Positions 1 through 9,071 of a DNA stretch of 64,000 nucleotides are shown piece by piece. Within the stretch, counting starts at the first letter, position 1. Each line of letters begins with the position of its first letter. Origin of the DNA: Candidatus Latescibacterota bacterium (GTDB taxonomy: Bacteria; Latescibacterota; UBA2968; UBA8231); NCBI GenBank assembly GCA_963422735.1, contig OY730476.1, forward strand, positions 2,080,001-2,144,000, read 5' to 3'. The notes below the pieces were generated by a model. That model was not told where the DNA came from. It ran no database searches and saw only the letters and a program-made list of their open reading frames with translations. A program made the position numbers and the translations under genes.

Positions 1-808
1 GTATCCCTTTTACCCATTGAAGCCCCTCCAACACAAAGCCATGATCGGGTGTAAAGTGGGGGGTGTGTTCCCACACCAGTAGCGCATTCATCTCTTTTAT
101 TTCAGAAAGCAAGGGTTTGATGGTAAAGAAATCTTCGCTGTCTTCATAAGATGGATGGACCGGAACCCAATAGTACTTCTCTGAAGTTACTTTCACGTTG
201 TGGACATGGAGTGCGTCAATCACATCGCGCCACCGACGCAACTCTACCAGACATTCCTCCAGCGTTTCCGATGCCAAAAGATAGTCGCCCATGTCCCAGC
301 ACATTAAGACCCCAAATTCGCGCCATTGGTCCACAGGATAAAATTTCAGAATACCAATCCCTCCTGGATCTCGTCTGATACCGAGTTTGGGCTCGCACAA
401 GACTTTGGTTCCATAGCTAGCCTGCAAGGAACGGAGGCGATTTAACCCGACCTCAATCTGGGGAATAGGGTAATCCTCAGAGGCCAATGGGAAATACGGA
501 AAGTGTACAAGGACATATTCGACTTGGTTATCCTGAGCGATGCCCAGCTCCTCCTCAAGTTGGTGCCACGCCTGTTCGGGAGATTGTTGAACTTGCGTTA
601 AGAGATCGTATTTGCTTCCTCCTTTAAAAAGGGGGGAATGGAACCCTACGCTAATCGACTGTTGACGTGCATGTGTGAGCAGCGTATCGAGATCTGTAGA
701 GGCGGAAAGATCCCCCACCTCAACATGGTCAATTCCATCCCAGAACAGTTCGTCAAGTCGATCTGATTCAGATAATACAGTACTGCCAGAAACTCCAACT
801 CTAACCAT
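1..808 (-). CDS. Sugar phosphate isomerase/epimerase family TIM-barrel protein (partial, runs off window start)
   Basis: Manually translated open frame from ATG at 808 (MVRVGVSGSTVLSESDRLDELFWDGIDHVEVG...GFHSP...VLVHFP...LCEPK...CWDMGD...LHVHNV...VWEHTP). Has the E/D/H/E metal-ligand pattern. Absent from the ORF track because there is no stop in the window. Confidence 0.75.
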   Translation of the reverse strand, partial: MVRVGVSGSTVLSESDRLDELFWDGIDHVEVGDLSASTDLDTLLTHARQQSISVGFHSPLFKGGSKYDLLTQVQQSPEQAWHQLEEELGIAQDNQVEYVLVHFPYFPLASEDYPIPQIEVGLNRLRSLQASYGTKVLCEPKLGIRRDPGGIGILKFYPVDQWREFGVLMCWDMGDYLLASETLEECLVELRRWRDVIDALHVHNVKVTSEKYYWVPVHPSYEDSEDFFTIKPLLSEIKEMNALLVWEHTPHFTPDHGFVLEGLQWVKGI

Positions 809-919
809 GAAAACTGCTTTCTCTTGGTTTCAGATAGCGTACCCGCGGGCTGCGAACTTGCCGTACGGAGGCGCAGCCCGTCGTGTTATGTGTAGTTACA
901 GTTTTCCATTTCCTTTACG

Positions 920-1240
920 CTAGCCTGTCGGCGGAAAATGAGCATTGCCGGATGGTCGAATCCCAGAAATGAGACCTCGGCATCGTCGTCCACTAGGGAG
1001 ATCCCGAACATGCGTGGTGTGCAGACCGCCTATCATCGCTAGGGATACCAGGCACCAGACGAGTACGGGTAGTTCGCCCCTCCGGCGGTGCCACAGCGTC
1101 CACAGTATCCCCAGAAAATCCAAGGGTCAGCGGCCAACCCACCGCTTGGGCCAAAGGTGGGTCCAGTAGTGGAGATACGGCGTGGTGTGCATATCGACTA
1201 AGGACCACGGACGTAGAAGCGTACTACGAGCGACGTCCAT
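920..1240 (-). pseudogene. Fragment of a polytopic membrane protein (ArnT/PMT glycosyltransferase-like)
   Basis: Broken frames read ...TPYLHYWTHLWP / GWPLTL / LGILWTLWHRRRGELPVLVWCLVSLAMIGGLHTTHVR. Hydrophobic, with a frameshift or stop. Confidence 0.3.
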
Positions 1241-1375
1241 TGAATAGGCGAAGCCGTCGGTGGAGGTGTTTTCCACAGCCGCTTAGGTGATACAGCATTA
1301 GGAGCTCGCCCCAGCCCCTAGGAGCAGACAAAGTGTTGCGGCTGTTCAATACCACGTTCTGGTGGACATGGAAAT

Positions 1376-2872
1376 TTAGAGATCAAACGAACGGGGCACC
1401 GGCCGGCCCCGTGCCCCGTGTAAAAACGCGTCGTCCGGGCGCGGCCAGCGCATCGCGTACTGCCGGCTGCGCTGGCGGCGGTAGCCAGCATTGTAGTACG
1501 TGCTCGCGGCGAGCCAGCCAAGCAGACGGGCCGTAAGTTCGCTTTGCAGTTCTCGCTTCTCGACTCGGCCCCAGAGGTTCCACAGCTCGTGCGGGTCCTG
1601 CTCCAAGTCGTATAGCTCGCCCTGATCTTGGCCGATGTAATAGACCATCTTGTGCCGCTGGCCGCGCATCATCACCTGATAGTTATCCTCGCAGAACACC
1701 CATTTGCGCGGAACAAAACCCGCATCCGGTGCCTCTAAGTAGGGTCGGAGCGAACGCCCCTCCAGGTAGCTGGGCACCTCCACGCCAGCCGCTTCTAGGA
1801 TCGTCGGCCCCAAATCCATCAGCGAGACCAAATCGCCGCTCTCGCGGCCCTTTTGCGTCCGACGGCTGTCGCGCACAATCAGCGGCACGTGTACCACGGG
1901 GTCGTACATCAGCCATTTGTACGCCAGCCCGTGATCGCCCAACAGCTCGCCGTGATCCGAACAGAAGATCAGTAGGCTATTGTCCAAGAAGCCTCGCGCC
2001 TGCAGCGCGTCGAGGACCTCGCCCAGCTTCTCATCCACCGTGGTGATCTTAGCGTAGTAGTGCCGCCGCATCCGGGCGATGTCCTCTTCGCTGGGCGCGG
2101 TCATGTCGATGACGGACTCATGCTGGGTTTCAGCGTGCATCTTTTTGTGCGCCGCGTGCTGGGGCGGCTTGTCCTCTAGCTCGCCATCGCGCATCACGCA
2201 CGGAGGCATTGGCCGCCCCTCGTACTGCTCCAGATGCCTCGGCAGCGGATCCCACGGCTCGTGCGGGCCGGTAAAACCTACCTGTAAGAAAAACGGAGAC
2301 CGGCCCTTGTAATCGCGGATCCAAGCAAGGGCAGAGTCGCCGATAAAGACATCCGAGTGAAAGCGCTCCTCTAAATGCCAAGGGACGCCTTGGTATTTCT
2401 GCAGCCAATGGGGATCGGTTTTGTTGCGGTCATTGGGCCGCTCTAAGCCGTGAATCCGCAGATAGCGGCCCCAATCGTCGTCGGCCCCGCCCGAGTCGAG
2501 GTATTTGCTAGTGGGATTCTCCACGACGACCCGCTCGTGGAAGCCCCCGGCGACATCGCGCGGAGCAAAGTGCATCTTGCCTATGTTGACGCAGTGATAA
2601 CCCGCGTCGTTGAGGTCTTGCACCCAATTGCGGTGATCGGCCCAGTGGTCGAAGCTGTACACGCCGGTATTGTGTGGGTACATACCCGTGAAGATCGCCG
2701 CCCGCGAGGCAATGCAGGTTGCGCCCGGGCAAAAGGCATTGCGGAAGGAAAGCCCCTCGGCGGCCAAGCGGTCCATCGCCGGCGTGATCGCGTAGTCGTA
2801 GCCCCAAGCGCCGATCGCGTCGAAGCGCTGTTGGTCGGTCATAATGAGGATGATATTGGGCTGCTTTAGCAT
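1376..2872 (-). CDS. Sulfatase (formylglycine-dependent, choline-sulfatase-like)
   Basis: Start MLKQPNIILIMTDQQRFD; motif CIASRAAIFTG (CxAxR); GKMH; PHEP; SDHG. Overlaps the stop of the upstream lyase-like gene. Confidence 0.92.
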   Translation of the reverse strand: MLKQPNIILIMTDQQRFDAIGAWGYDYAITPAMDRLAAEGLSFRNAFCPGATCIASRAAIFTGMYPHNTGVYSFDHWADHRNWVQDLNDAGYHCVNIGKMHFAPRDVAGGFHERVVVENPTSKYLDSGGADDDWGRYLRIHGLERPNDRNKTDPHWLQKYQGVPWHLEERFHSDVFIGDSALAWIRDYKGRSPFFLQVGFTGPHEPWDPLPRHLEQYEGRPMPPCVMRDGELEDKPPQHAAHKKMHAETQHESVIDMTAPSEEDIARMRRHYYAKITTVDEKLGEVLDALQARGFLDNSLLIFCSDHGELLGDHGLAYKWLMYDPVVHVPLIVRDSRRTQKGRESGDLVSLMDLGPTILEAAGVEVPSYLEGRSLRPYLEAPDAGFVPRKWVFCEDNYQVMMRGQRHKMVYYIGQDQGELYDLEQDPHELWNLWGRVEKRELQSELTARLLGWLAASTYYNAGYRRQRSRQYAMRWPRPDDAFLHGARGRPVPRSFDL

Positions 2873-5400
2873 GGTATTTCCTCCAATCCTGCTTCTGCGA
2901 GTGCCCCCAGTAGCGATGGCACACCAAAGAATACTAAGCTCAACGCGGTCGGGTGCATGGCCACCGCACCCCGGTAATCCGGGCGGTCGCTCCAGTCCTG
3001 CTGGGCGATTAACTCGGCCAGCACCGCGCGAGCCACCTCCAGATAGGCCCGCTCCCCGGTCAGCCGCCAAGCGTACGCCAGCGAGCCGCAAAGTACGCCG
3101 TGGTAGCTTTGGGCACAGGCAAACTCGGCGTCGAAGACGCCTTTGCCGCCGCAAAACCAGTCAACGGCACGCACGAAAACCTCGGCCACGTCCGCACGCC
3201 CGGTCATCCTGTGTAGCCGCTCTAGCCCGATCATCAAATAGTGCGTCTGATAGCCCTTTTGCTCCTCGTAGGGCAAAACCCGCTTTAATGAGCTAAAGCT
3301 CCCCCGCAGCGCGAGGAATTCTTTGTCGCTAAACGGGGCCGCCGCGCCCATTTCCACCGCGAGGGTCGTGCCCTCAGTGGCCATGCCGTACGGCCCCTGG
3401 TCGGGCAGCTTGCCCTCGGTGGATACCTGGAAGCGCTTGTGCCAACTGCCGTCTTCGTTTTGGCCGCGAGCCACCGCGTCGTACACCTCGTCGGCTCGGC
3501 GCATAAAGCGCGCTTCGCCGGTCAGCTCGTACAGATAGAGCAAGCCCCGCAGCGCGTTGCCGATGGAGCGCAAGCTGAAGCTGTAGCGCGGGTCTTCGCT
3601 CCAGCGGTAGCGCAGGAAAAATTCCCCGGCCTCGCGCAAGACCTCCCGCGCTCGCTCGTCACCGCTCAAGTAGTAGTAATCCACCCAATTGTCGATAAAG
3701 GTGTGCGAAGCGCACGGCTCGTCGCCAAAGTGGTCCATGCTGTGGCGGAAACACCCGCCGACCATGTAGGGCCGAAACGGGTGATAGTGACAGGTATCTA
3801 CGTCCAGCGAGTGCCGGGTCATGGCCTCGCCGAGCGCGTAGTAGTGCCCCTCACCCGTGCGCAAGTACTGCAACCACACGGCGTGGCGCGGGTCCCATTC
3901 GCTGTTGCACCAACCCCAGCGGCCCTTGAAGCGCCAGCCTCCTGCGCTCTCTTCCCAAGTGGCCATCACGTCGCCCCAATCGAAAAACCCCTTCCAGCGA
4001 TAGCGCTCAATGTGCCTTTCCATCCAGGCGACAAAGCCCGTCAACATGCGGTCCGAGCGCGGAAACTCCGCGCCTGTTGCCAAGCCGCCGACTGCTCCGC
4101 TTTGCGCCACCCAATCCGGCGCGACGCTCACCTGTGGCGGGTGTAAAAGGCCCTGCAACCGCTCGCTGTCGGCGGAACCGGCGCGAAAAAAGTCGACGAA
4201 AAATTCGCTGCTCTTCGCAGTACCCGTGCCGTCGGCATAGACCCCTTCGCCTTCGTGCCAAGCCACCTCCTCGGCGTAGCGTTTGCAGCTAAGCCGCCGG
4301 CCGGCTGGGTCGCGCCAAAAAAAGACATCGATACCTTGCCCACCTACGCCGAGGGCCTTGGGATACTCCTCGGCCATATAGCGCAGCGCGACGCCGACGC
4401 CGACGCGGTCGTTCTCGGCGCAAATCCAGCCGGCAGCGCGCACTCCCTCGGCCCGCACGGCGTGCTCAACTCCCTCGTACTCCTCCCAATAGAAGTGATT
4501 GTCCTGCCGCTGCGAGAGCAATGCATAATGCTCGGCCACCCAAGGTCCCGCCATGACCCGCCCGGCTCCGACGCGCCAAGTGCCGCTGCCTTTGGGCAAG
4601 ATTGGGACGCGCAAGCCCAGTTCCTCTACCTCGGTCTCGCGCGGATTACAGGTGACGATCACCGTGTGTACCACCCGCACTTGCGCCTTGCCAGCATAGG
4701 CGTAGATCCGGGTCGCAAAGCGCAGCGGGCGATAGCCGGCGTAGTGGTGCATGGGCGCGGTTGACTCGTAGGCACCTCGGCAGCAAATCACCGCCCGCAA
4801 GGGGCCGGCCTCTTCGACCTCGACGGCGTATTCTTCCACGCCCTCTGACGCCAAACACGTGCCCCCCATTCCGTAGATGCGCCGCTTTGTTCCTCCGGCG
4901 AACTCCGACTCGGCGATCTTGGCCCAAGCATCGCCACCGCCCCGAGGTGTGACCTCCATCTCGGAGACAAACGACCCTTCGGCTCGCTGGCCTAGCTCTA
5001 CTCCGTCAAAAAGCGCGAATGCCTTTTTGCCAATGCCAAATCGCAGGGGTCCGGTGCATATCTCAAGGCGATCTTCCCACTCGGAGATTTCCACGCCGCA
5101 GACGCTCGCCGTGGCTTTTGGGTCTTTTGTGTGCTTCAAGATGTACACAGTCTCTTTGCCCGCTTCTACATGGGCCTGAAAGTCCACTAGGACCCACTTC
5201 GCGCTGTCGTCCGGCCAGCGGCCCAAGACCCGTAGCTGCCTCGGAACATCTCGGCCCTGCGCGTCCAGTAAAGACAGATTCTCCACGCCTGCTACGGCAC
5301 CTTGGGGCAGGGGGACGCCTCTTGTCAGGGGGTACTTTCGGCGGGTAATGCCCGCGGTCTCTGCTACTTTTAAGGCAATGCCTTCGTCGGGTATGCTCAC
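2866..5400 (-). CDS. Exo-rhamnogalacturonan lyase-like (PcRGLX/YetA-type) protein
   Basis: GTG start at 5400 with AGGAG RBS; N-terminal PLTRGVPLPQG...WPDDSAKW (RIFT-barrel-like), GPLRAV central sandwich, and C-terminal alpha/alpha toroid GFFDWGD...W.NSEWD...H..DVD. Confidence 0.75.
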   Translation of the reverse strand: MSIPDEGIALKVAETAGITRRKYPLTRGVPLPQGAVAGVENLSLLDAQGRDVPRQLRVLGRWPDDSAKWVLVDFQAHVEAGKETVYILKHTKDPKATASVCGVEISEWEDRLEICTGPLRFGIGKKAFALFDGVELGQRAEGSFVSEMEVTPRGGGDAWAKIAESEFAGGTKRRIYGMGGTCLASEGVEEYAVEVEEAGPLRAVICCRGAYESTAPMHHYAGYRPLRFATRIYAYAGKAQVRVVHTVIVTCNPRETEVEELGLRVPILPKGSGTWRVGAGRVMAGPWVAEHYALLSQRQDNHFYWEEYEGVEHAVRAEGVRAAGWICAENDRVGVGVALRYMAEEYPKALGVGGQGIDVFFWRDPAGRRLSCKRYAEEVAWHEGEGVYADGTGTAKSSEFFVDFFRAGSADSERLQGLLHPPQVSVAPDWVAQSGAVGGLATGAEFPRSDRMLTGFVAWMERHIERYRWKGFFDWGDVMATWEESAGGWRFKGRWGWCNSEWDPRHAVWLQYLRTGEGHYYALGEAMTRHSLDVDTCHYHPFRPYMVGGCFRHSMDHFGDEPCASHTFIDNWVDYYYLSGDERAREVLREAGEFFLRYRWSEDPRYSFSLRSIGNALRGLLYLYELTGEARFMRRADEVYDAVARGQNEDGSWHKRFQVSTEGKLPDQGPYGMATEGTTLAVEMGAAAPFSDKEFLALRGSFSSLKRVLPYEEQKGYQTHYLMIGLERLHRMTGRADVAEVFVRAVDWFCGGKGVFDAEFACAQSYHGVLCGSLAYAWRLTGERAYLEVARAVLAELIAQQDWSDRPDYRGAVAMHPTALSLVFFGVPSLLGALAEAGLEEIPC

Positions 5401-5466
5401 GTGCCTTCTCCTTGGCTTCGTCCGGCTAGGAAAAATAAGCAAGCGACCAACGCCCTCCAACCCGCA

Positions 5467-5495
5467 TTGACCCATCTCCACCCCCCTCCTATCTT
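5467..5495 (+). promoter_or_regulatory. Sigma70-type promoter for the GH88 operon
   Basis: TTGACC-17 bp-TATCTT, 30 bp upstream of GTG at 5526. Confidence 0.55.
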
Positions 5496-5525
5496 CTCGC
5501 TGCCCAAGCAAAAGGAACCGCCGCC

Positions 5526-6899
5526 GTGAAACCAGACCAAGACCTGAATGCCCCAAAGCTCCTTCCGGCAATCCAGCGCTTTTTAGCCCTTACTGGCGCC
5601 AAGATCCTCGATCTCGACAGCACTTGGGACCCGGATCGCGGCACCCCGGTCTTCACCCAGCAGGGGCGCTACACCACCCGCGGCTGGACCGAGTGGACCC
5701 AAGGCTTCCAATATGGCTGCGCCATACTACAGTACGACATGACCGACGACGCGCACTTTCTCGCGCTCGGCCGCGACCGCACCGTCGCGCACATGGCACC
5801 GCACGTCTCGCATGTCGGCGTCCACGACCACGGCTTCAACAACCTCTCCACCTATGGCAACTTGCGCCGCCTGATGCGCGAAGGCCGCATTCCGCACGAT
5901 CAGCGAGAACTGGACTTCTACGAGTTGGCCATCAAGCTGTCGGGTGCCGTGCAGGCCGCCCGCTGGACCGAGACCGCGTACGGCACGGGTTTTATCCACT
6001 CCTTCAACGGCCCGCATTCGCTCTTTTCCGACACCATGCGCTCGCTGCGGATCCTAGGGACCGCGCACCAGCTAGGCCACGCGCTGATGGGCGAAGGCGA
6101 CAAGCGCATCAGCCTGCTCGGCCGCCTAATCGAACACACTCAGACCAACGCCCTCTTCAACGTCTATTACGGCGAGGGGCGCGACGCGTTTGACGTGCCC
6201 GGCCGCGTGGTCCACGAATCTATCTTCAACACCCGCGACGGCCAGTACCGCTGCCCCAGCACCCAGCAAGGCTACACCCCGTTTTCAACTTGGACTCGCG
6301 GTCTGTCGTGGGTGCTTGCAGGCTACGCCGAGCAGCTAGAGTATTTCGCCGCGCTCAGCGAGGCCGAGGTCGAGCCTTTCGGCACCAAGGCCGACATCGT
6401 GCAAACCATGGAGAAAGCCGCCCTAGCCACTGCCGAATTCCACATCGCCAACAGCTTTGCCGACGGCGTACCGTTTTGGGACACCGGCGCACCCGGGGTC
6501 GCCTCCTTCGGCGCAATAACCGACAAGCCCTCCGACCCGTACAACGACATTGAGCCGCTCGACAGCTCGGCCGCGGCCGTCTGCGGCCAAGGGTATTTGC
6601 GCTTGGGCAACTACTATTTGTCCAAGGGGGACCAAGCAAGGGGGACGCGCTATCGCGCCGCGGCCTTCACTATTGCCCGCGCCCTCCTAGAGGAGCCGTA
6701 TCTCGCCGTTGATCCCCAACACCAAGGCATCACCCTCCACGCGATCTACCATCGCCCCAACGGCTGGGACTACGTGCCCCAAGGCCGCGCCATTCCGTGC
6801 GGCGAGGCGGCCATGTGGGGCGACTATCACGCAATGGAGCTGATGAGCCTGATCAAACGCGAAGCAGAAAACGCCCCTTATCCCCTCTTTTTCCAATAG
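5526..6899 (+). CDS. Glycoside hydrolase family 88 (unsaturated glucuronyl hydrolase-like)
   Basis: WTEWTQGF, HDHGF, QQGY...STWTRGLSW, DSSAAA, WGDYH motifs. Confidence 0.85.
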   Translation: MKPDQDLNAPKLLPAIQRFLALTGAKILDLDSTWDPDRGTPVFTQQGRYTTRGWTEWTQGFQYGCAILQYDMTDDAHFLALGRDRTVAHMAPHVSHVGVHDHGFNNLSTYGNLRRLMREGRIPHDQRELDFYELAIKLSGAVQAARWTETAYGTGFIHSFNGPHSLFSDTMRSLRILGTAHQLGHALMGEGDKRISLLGRLIEHTQTNALFNVYYGEGRDAFDVPGRVVHESIFNTRDGQYRCPSTQQGYTPFSTWTRGLSWVLAGYAEQLEYFAALSEAEVEPFGTKADIVQTMEKAALATAEFHIANSFADGVPFWDTGAPGVASFGAITDKPSDPYNDIEPLDSSAAAVCGQGYLRLGNYYLSKGDQARGTRYRAAAFTIARALLEEPYLAVDPQHQGITLHAIYHRPNGWDYVPQGRAIPCGEAAMWGDYHAMELMSLIKREAENAPYPLFFQ

Positions 6900-6910
6900 C
6901 GAGACGCACC

Positions 6911-8080
6911 GTGAAAATCACCGCCATCACCCCGATCATCGCCCGCTTCGGCAGCCGCCCCCGCGTCTTGGTCAAAGTCGAGACCGACGAGGGCATCACC
7001 GGCTGGGGCGAGACCTACTCCATCGGCCCCGACCTAGCCGTCGGCCCAACCGTCGATTATTGCTTTGAGCTAATCAAGGGCATTGACCCGCGGCGGATCG
7101 AGTTCATCATGATGAAGCTGCACCAGCAGTTCCGCTTCCCGCCGGGCGGGATCGGCCTGTCGGCCATCTCCGGCATCGACCACGCGCTGTGGGACATCTC
7201 CGGCAAAGCCGCGGGCGTACCGGTCTATCAGCTCTTGGGAGGCCACGCCCGCGACCGGGTGCGCGTGTACCGCGGGATCGGCGGCCGCGACGGCAAAGAG
7301 GCCGCCGATCAAGCTCGGCGTCTGCACGAGGAATACGGCTTCACCGCTTTTAAAACCAGCCCTTATCGGCTCGACCCGGACGCCCATCGCTGGGGCCGGG
7401 TCTGCAAGGCAGCGGCCAAGTACTTTGAAGAATTGCGCGTTAGCTGTCCCGACGACTGGGAATTTGCCTTCGACCCACATGCCAAGATCTTCGAGCCGAT
7501 CCGTGCCTTGCAGCTAGCCAACGCCCTTGCGCCTTACGACCCCTTTTTCTACGAAGAGCCTATGCGCCCCGAGCACATTCCGGCGTGGACCAGCCTCAAG
7601 TCGCAGATGCAGGTGCCGTTGGCCACCGGCGAGAGCCTCTACGCCCGCTTCGAGTTCCTCGATCTAATCGCCAACCAAGGTGCCGACATCATCCAGCCCG
7701 ACATCTGCGTCTGCGGCGGCTTGCTCGAAATGCGCAAGATCAACGCCCTTGCCGAAGCCCACTACATCAGCATCGCTCCGCACAACCCCATGGGGCCGTT
7801 GGCGACTGCCGTCAACCTGCACTTCTGCGCCTCGGTGCCGAACTTCAAAATTCTCGAATACCTCCTGCCGACCGCCTTCACCGCGCCTTCAGGCGCCACA
7901 TCCGAGTGGAACGACTGGGTTGATGACCCCTATCTGCCCAAAGACGGCTATCTCGAATTGCGGCCGGACCGGCCGGGGCTAGGCGTCGAGATCAACGAAG
8001 AAGCCATCACCGACAACGAATACATCCATTGGGAACGTTCCAGCCCAACGCGCCCCGACGGCTCGACCGGGTACATCTAA
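6911..8080 (+). CDS. Mandelate racemase/muconate lactonizing enzyme family, galactonate dehydratase-like
   Basis: KVETDEGITGWGE, ALWDISGKAAGVPVYQLLGG, DPH, EEP, GE, QPD, PHNP. Confidence 0.9.
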   Translation: MKITAITPIIARFGSRPRVLVKVETDEGITGWGETYSIGPDLAVGPTVDYCFELIKGIDPRRIEFIMMKLHQQFRFPPGGIGLSAISGIDHALWDISGKAAGVPVYQLLGGHARDRVRVYRGIGGRDGKEAADQARRLHEEYGFTAFKTSPYRLDPDAHRWGRVCKAAAKYFEELRVSCPDDWEFAFDPHAKIFEPIRALQLANALAPYDPFFYEEPMRPEHIPAWTSLKSQMQVPLATGESLYARFEFLDLIANQGADIIQPDICVCGGLLEMRKINALAEAHYISIAPHNPMGPLATAVNLHFCASVPNFKILEYLLPTAFTAPSGATSEWNDWVDDPYLPKDGYLELRPDRPGLGVEINEEAITDNEYIHWERSSPTRPDGSTGYI

Positions 8081-8619
8081 TGCTCAGCCGCGACCACACC
8101 GCCCTCGTCCTCATCGACATTCAGGGCAAGCTGGCCTCGCTGATGCACGAGCGCGAGGCGCTCTATTGCCAGCTACAGATTCTCGTCAAGGGTGCGCAGG
8201 TCTTAGGGTTACCCATTCTATGGCTAGAGCAATATCCCAAAGGGCTTGGCCCCACCATTTTTGAGGTCGCCGACCTGCTCTCCGGCCAAAAGCCACTGGT
8301 CAAGACCTGCTTTAGTGCCTGTGGCCTCAGCACTTTCCAAACCCAACTGTACCAGAGCGGCCGCCGCCAGATTCTCTTGGCCGGGATCGAAAGCCACATT
8401 TGCGTCTATCAGACTGCCCGCGATTTGCTGGACTCAGGCTACCAAGTCGAAGTCGTCGCCGATGCTGTCTCCTCGCGCACCGCCGGAAACAAGGAGCTGG
8501 GGCTGCAAAAAATGGCGTCCGCGGGCGCACAGATCACGGCGGTGGAAATGTGTCTATTTGAATTGCTACAAGCGGCGGGGACGGCGGAGTTCAAGCAAAT
8601 TGCCGCATTGGTCAAGTGA
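8080..8619 (+). CDS. Isochorismatase family hydrolase
   Basis: LVLIDIQ, EQYPKGLGPT, K.CFS, GIESHICVYQT, DAVSSR; ATG overlaps the upstream TAA. Confidence 0.9.
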   Translation: MLSRDHTALVLIDIQGKLASLMHEREALYCQLQILVKGAQVLGLPILWLEQYPKGLGPTIFEVADLLSGQKPLVKTCFSACGLSTFQTQLYQSGRRQILLAGIESHICVYQTARDLLDSGYQVEVVADAVSSRTAGNKELGLQKMASAGAQITAVEMCLFELLQAAGTAEFKQIAALVK

Positions 8620-8721
8620 GGAGTGTTGTTGCCTTTTAGGAACAGCGTCGTTTCTACGAGGTAACAGCACGGCGCATACAGCACATGATGCTACCAGAAG
8701 GAACGGGCGGCTGCCCAAGCA

Positions 8722-8737
8722 TGGCCCGCTTTTTGCA
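8722..8737 (+). promoter_or_regulatory. Putative sigma54 (-24/-12) promoter
   Basis: TGGCCCGCTTTTTGCA gives exact GG-N10-GC spacing, 45 bp upstream of ATG 8783. Confidence 0.55.
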
Positions 8738-8782
8738 TGTAGGGGCCGTCGGTTACATTTATCTGTGGAAGAGGAACTTCTC

Positions 8783-9067
8783 ATGGCCGAGCAATCACCC
8801 AATCCCGTCCAGCCTACGGAATCTACCCTCGCTCTCAGCTTCCTGCGCGAGGATATTCAAGATCTCCGCCAAGATGTGCGCCAAGTATATGGGCGCATCG
8901 ACGGCCTGCGTACCGAGATGGGCGAGTGCCTCAACCAGACTAACGAGCGCATCGACGACTTAGCCAAACAACTCGATTCGCGCTACGCACGGCTGATGGC
9001 CATGCTCATCGCCTGCACCAGTATCCTCGTCACAGCCATCGGGGCGGCCGTCGCCGTACTCAAATGA
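8783..9067 (+). CDS. Small coiled-coil protein with C-terminal transmembrane helix (DUF1640/CCDC90-like)
   Basis: GAGGA RBS; heptad LREDIQDLRQDVRQVYGRIDGLRTEM followed by hydrophobic tail LMAMLIACTSILVTAIGAAVAVLK. Confidence 0.7.
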   Translation: MAEQSPNPVQPTESTLALSFLREDIQDLRQDVRQVYGRIDGLRTEMGECLNQTNERIDDLAKQLDSRYARLMAMLIACTSILVTAIGAAVAVLK

Positions 9068-9071
9068 CGCT

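Noticed and set aside
2873-3154. Long N-terminal extensions given by the ORF track (also 5401..5571, 6797..6910, 14749..14922, 39588..40091, 45229..45414)
   Set aside because: They overlap neighbouring genes or promoters; RBS position and family N-termini support the downstream starts.
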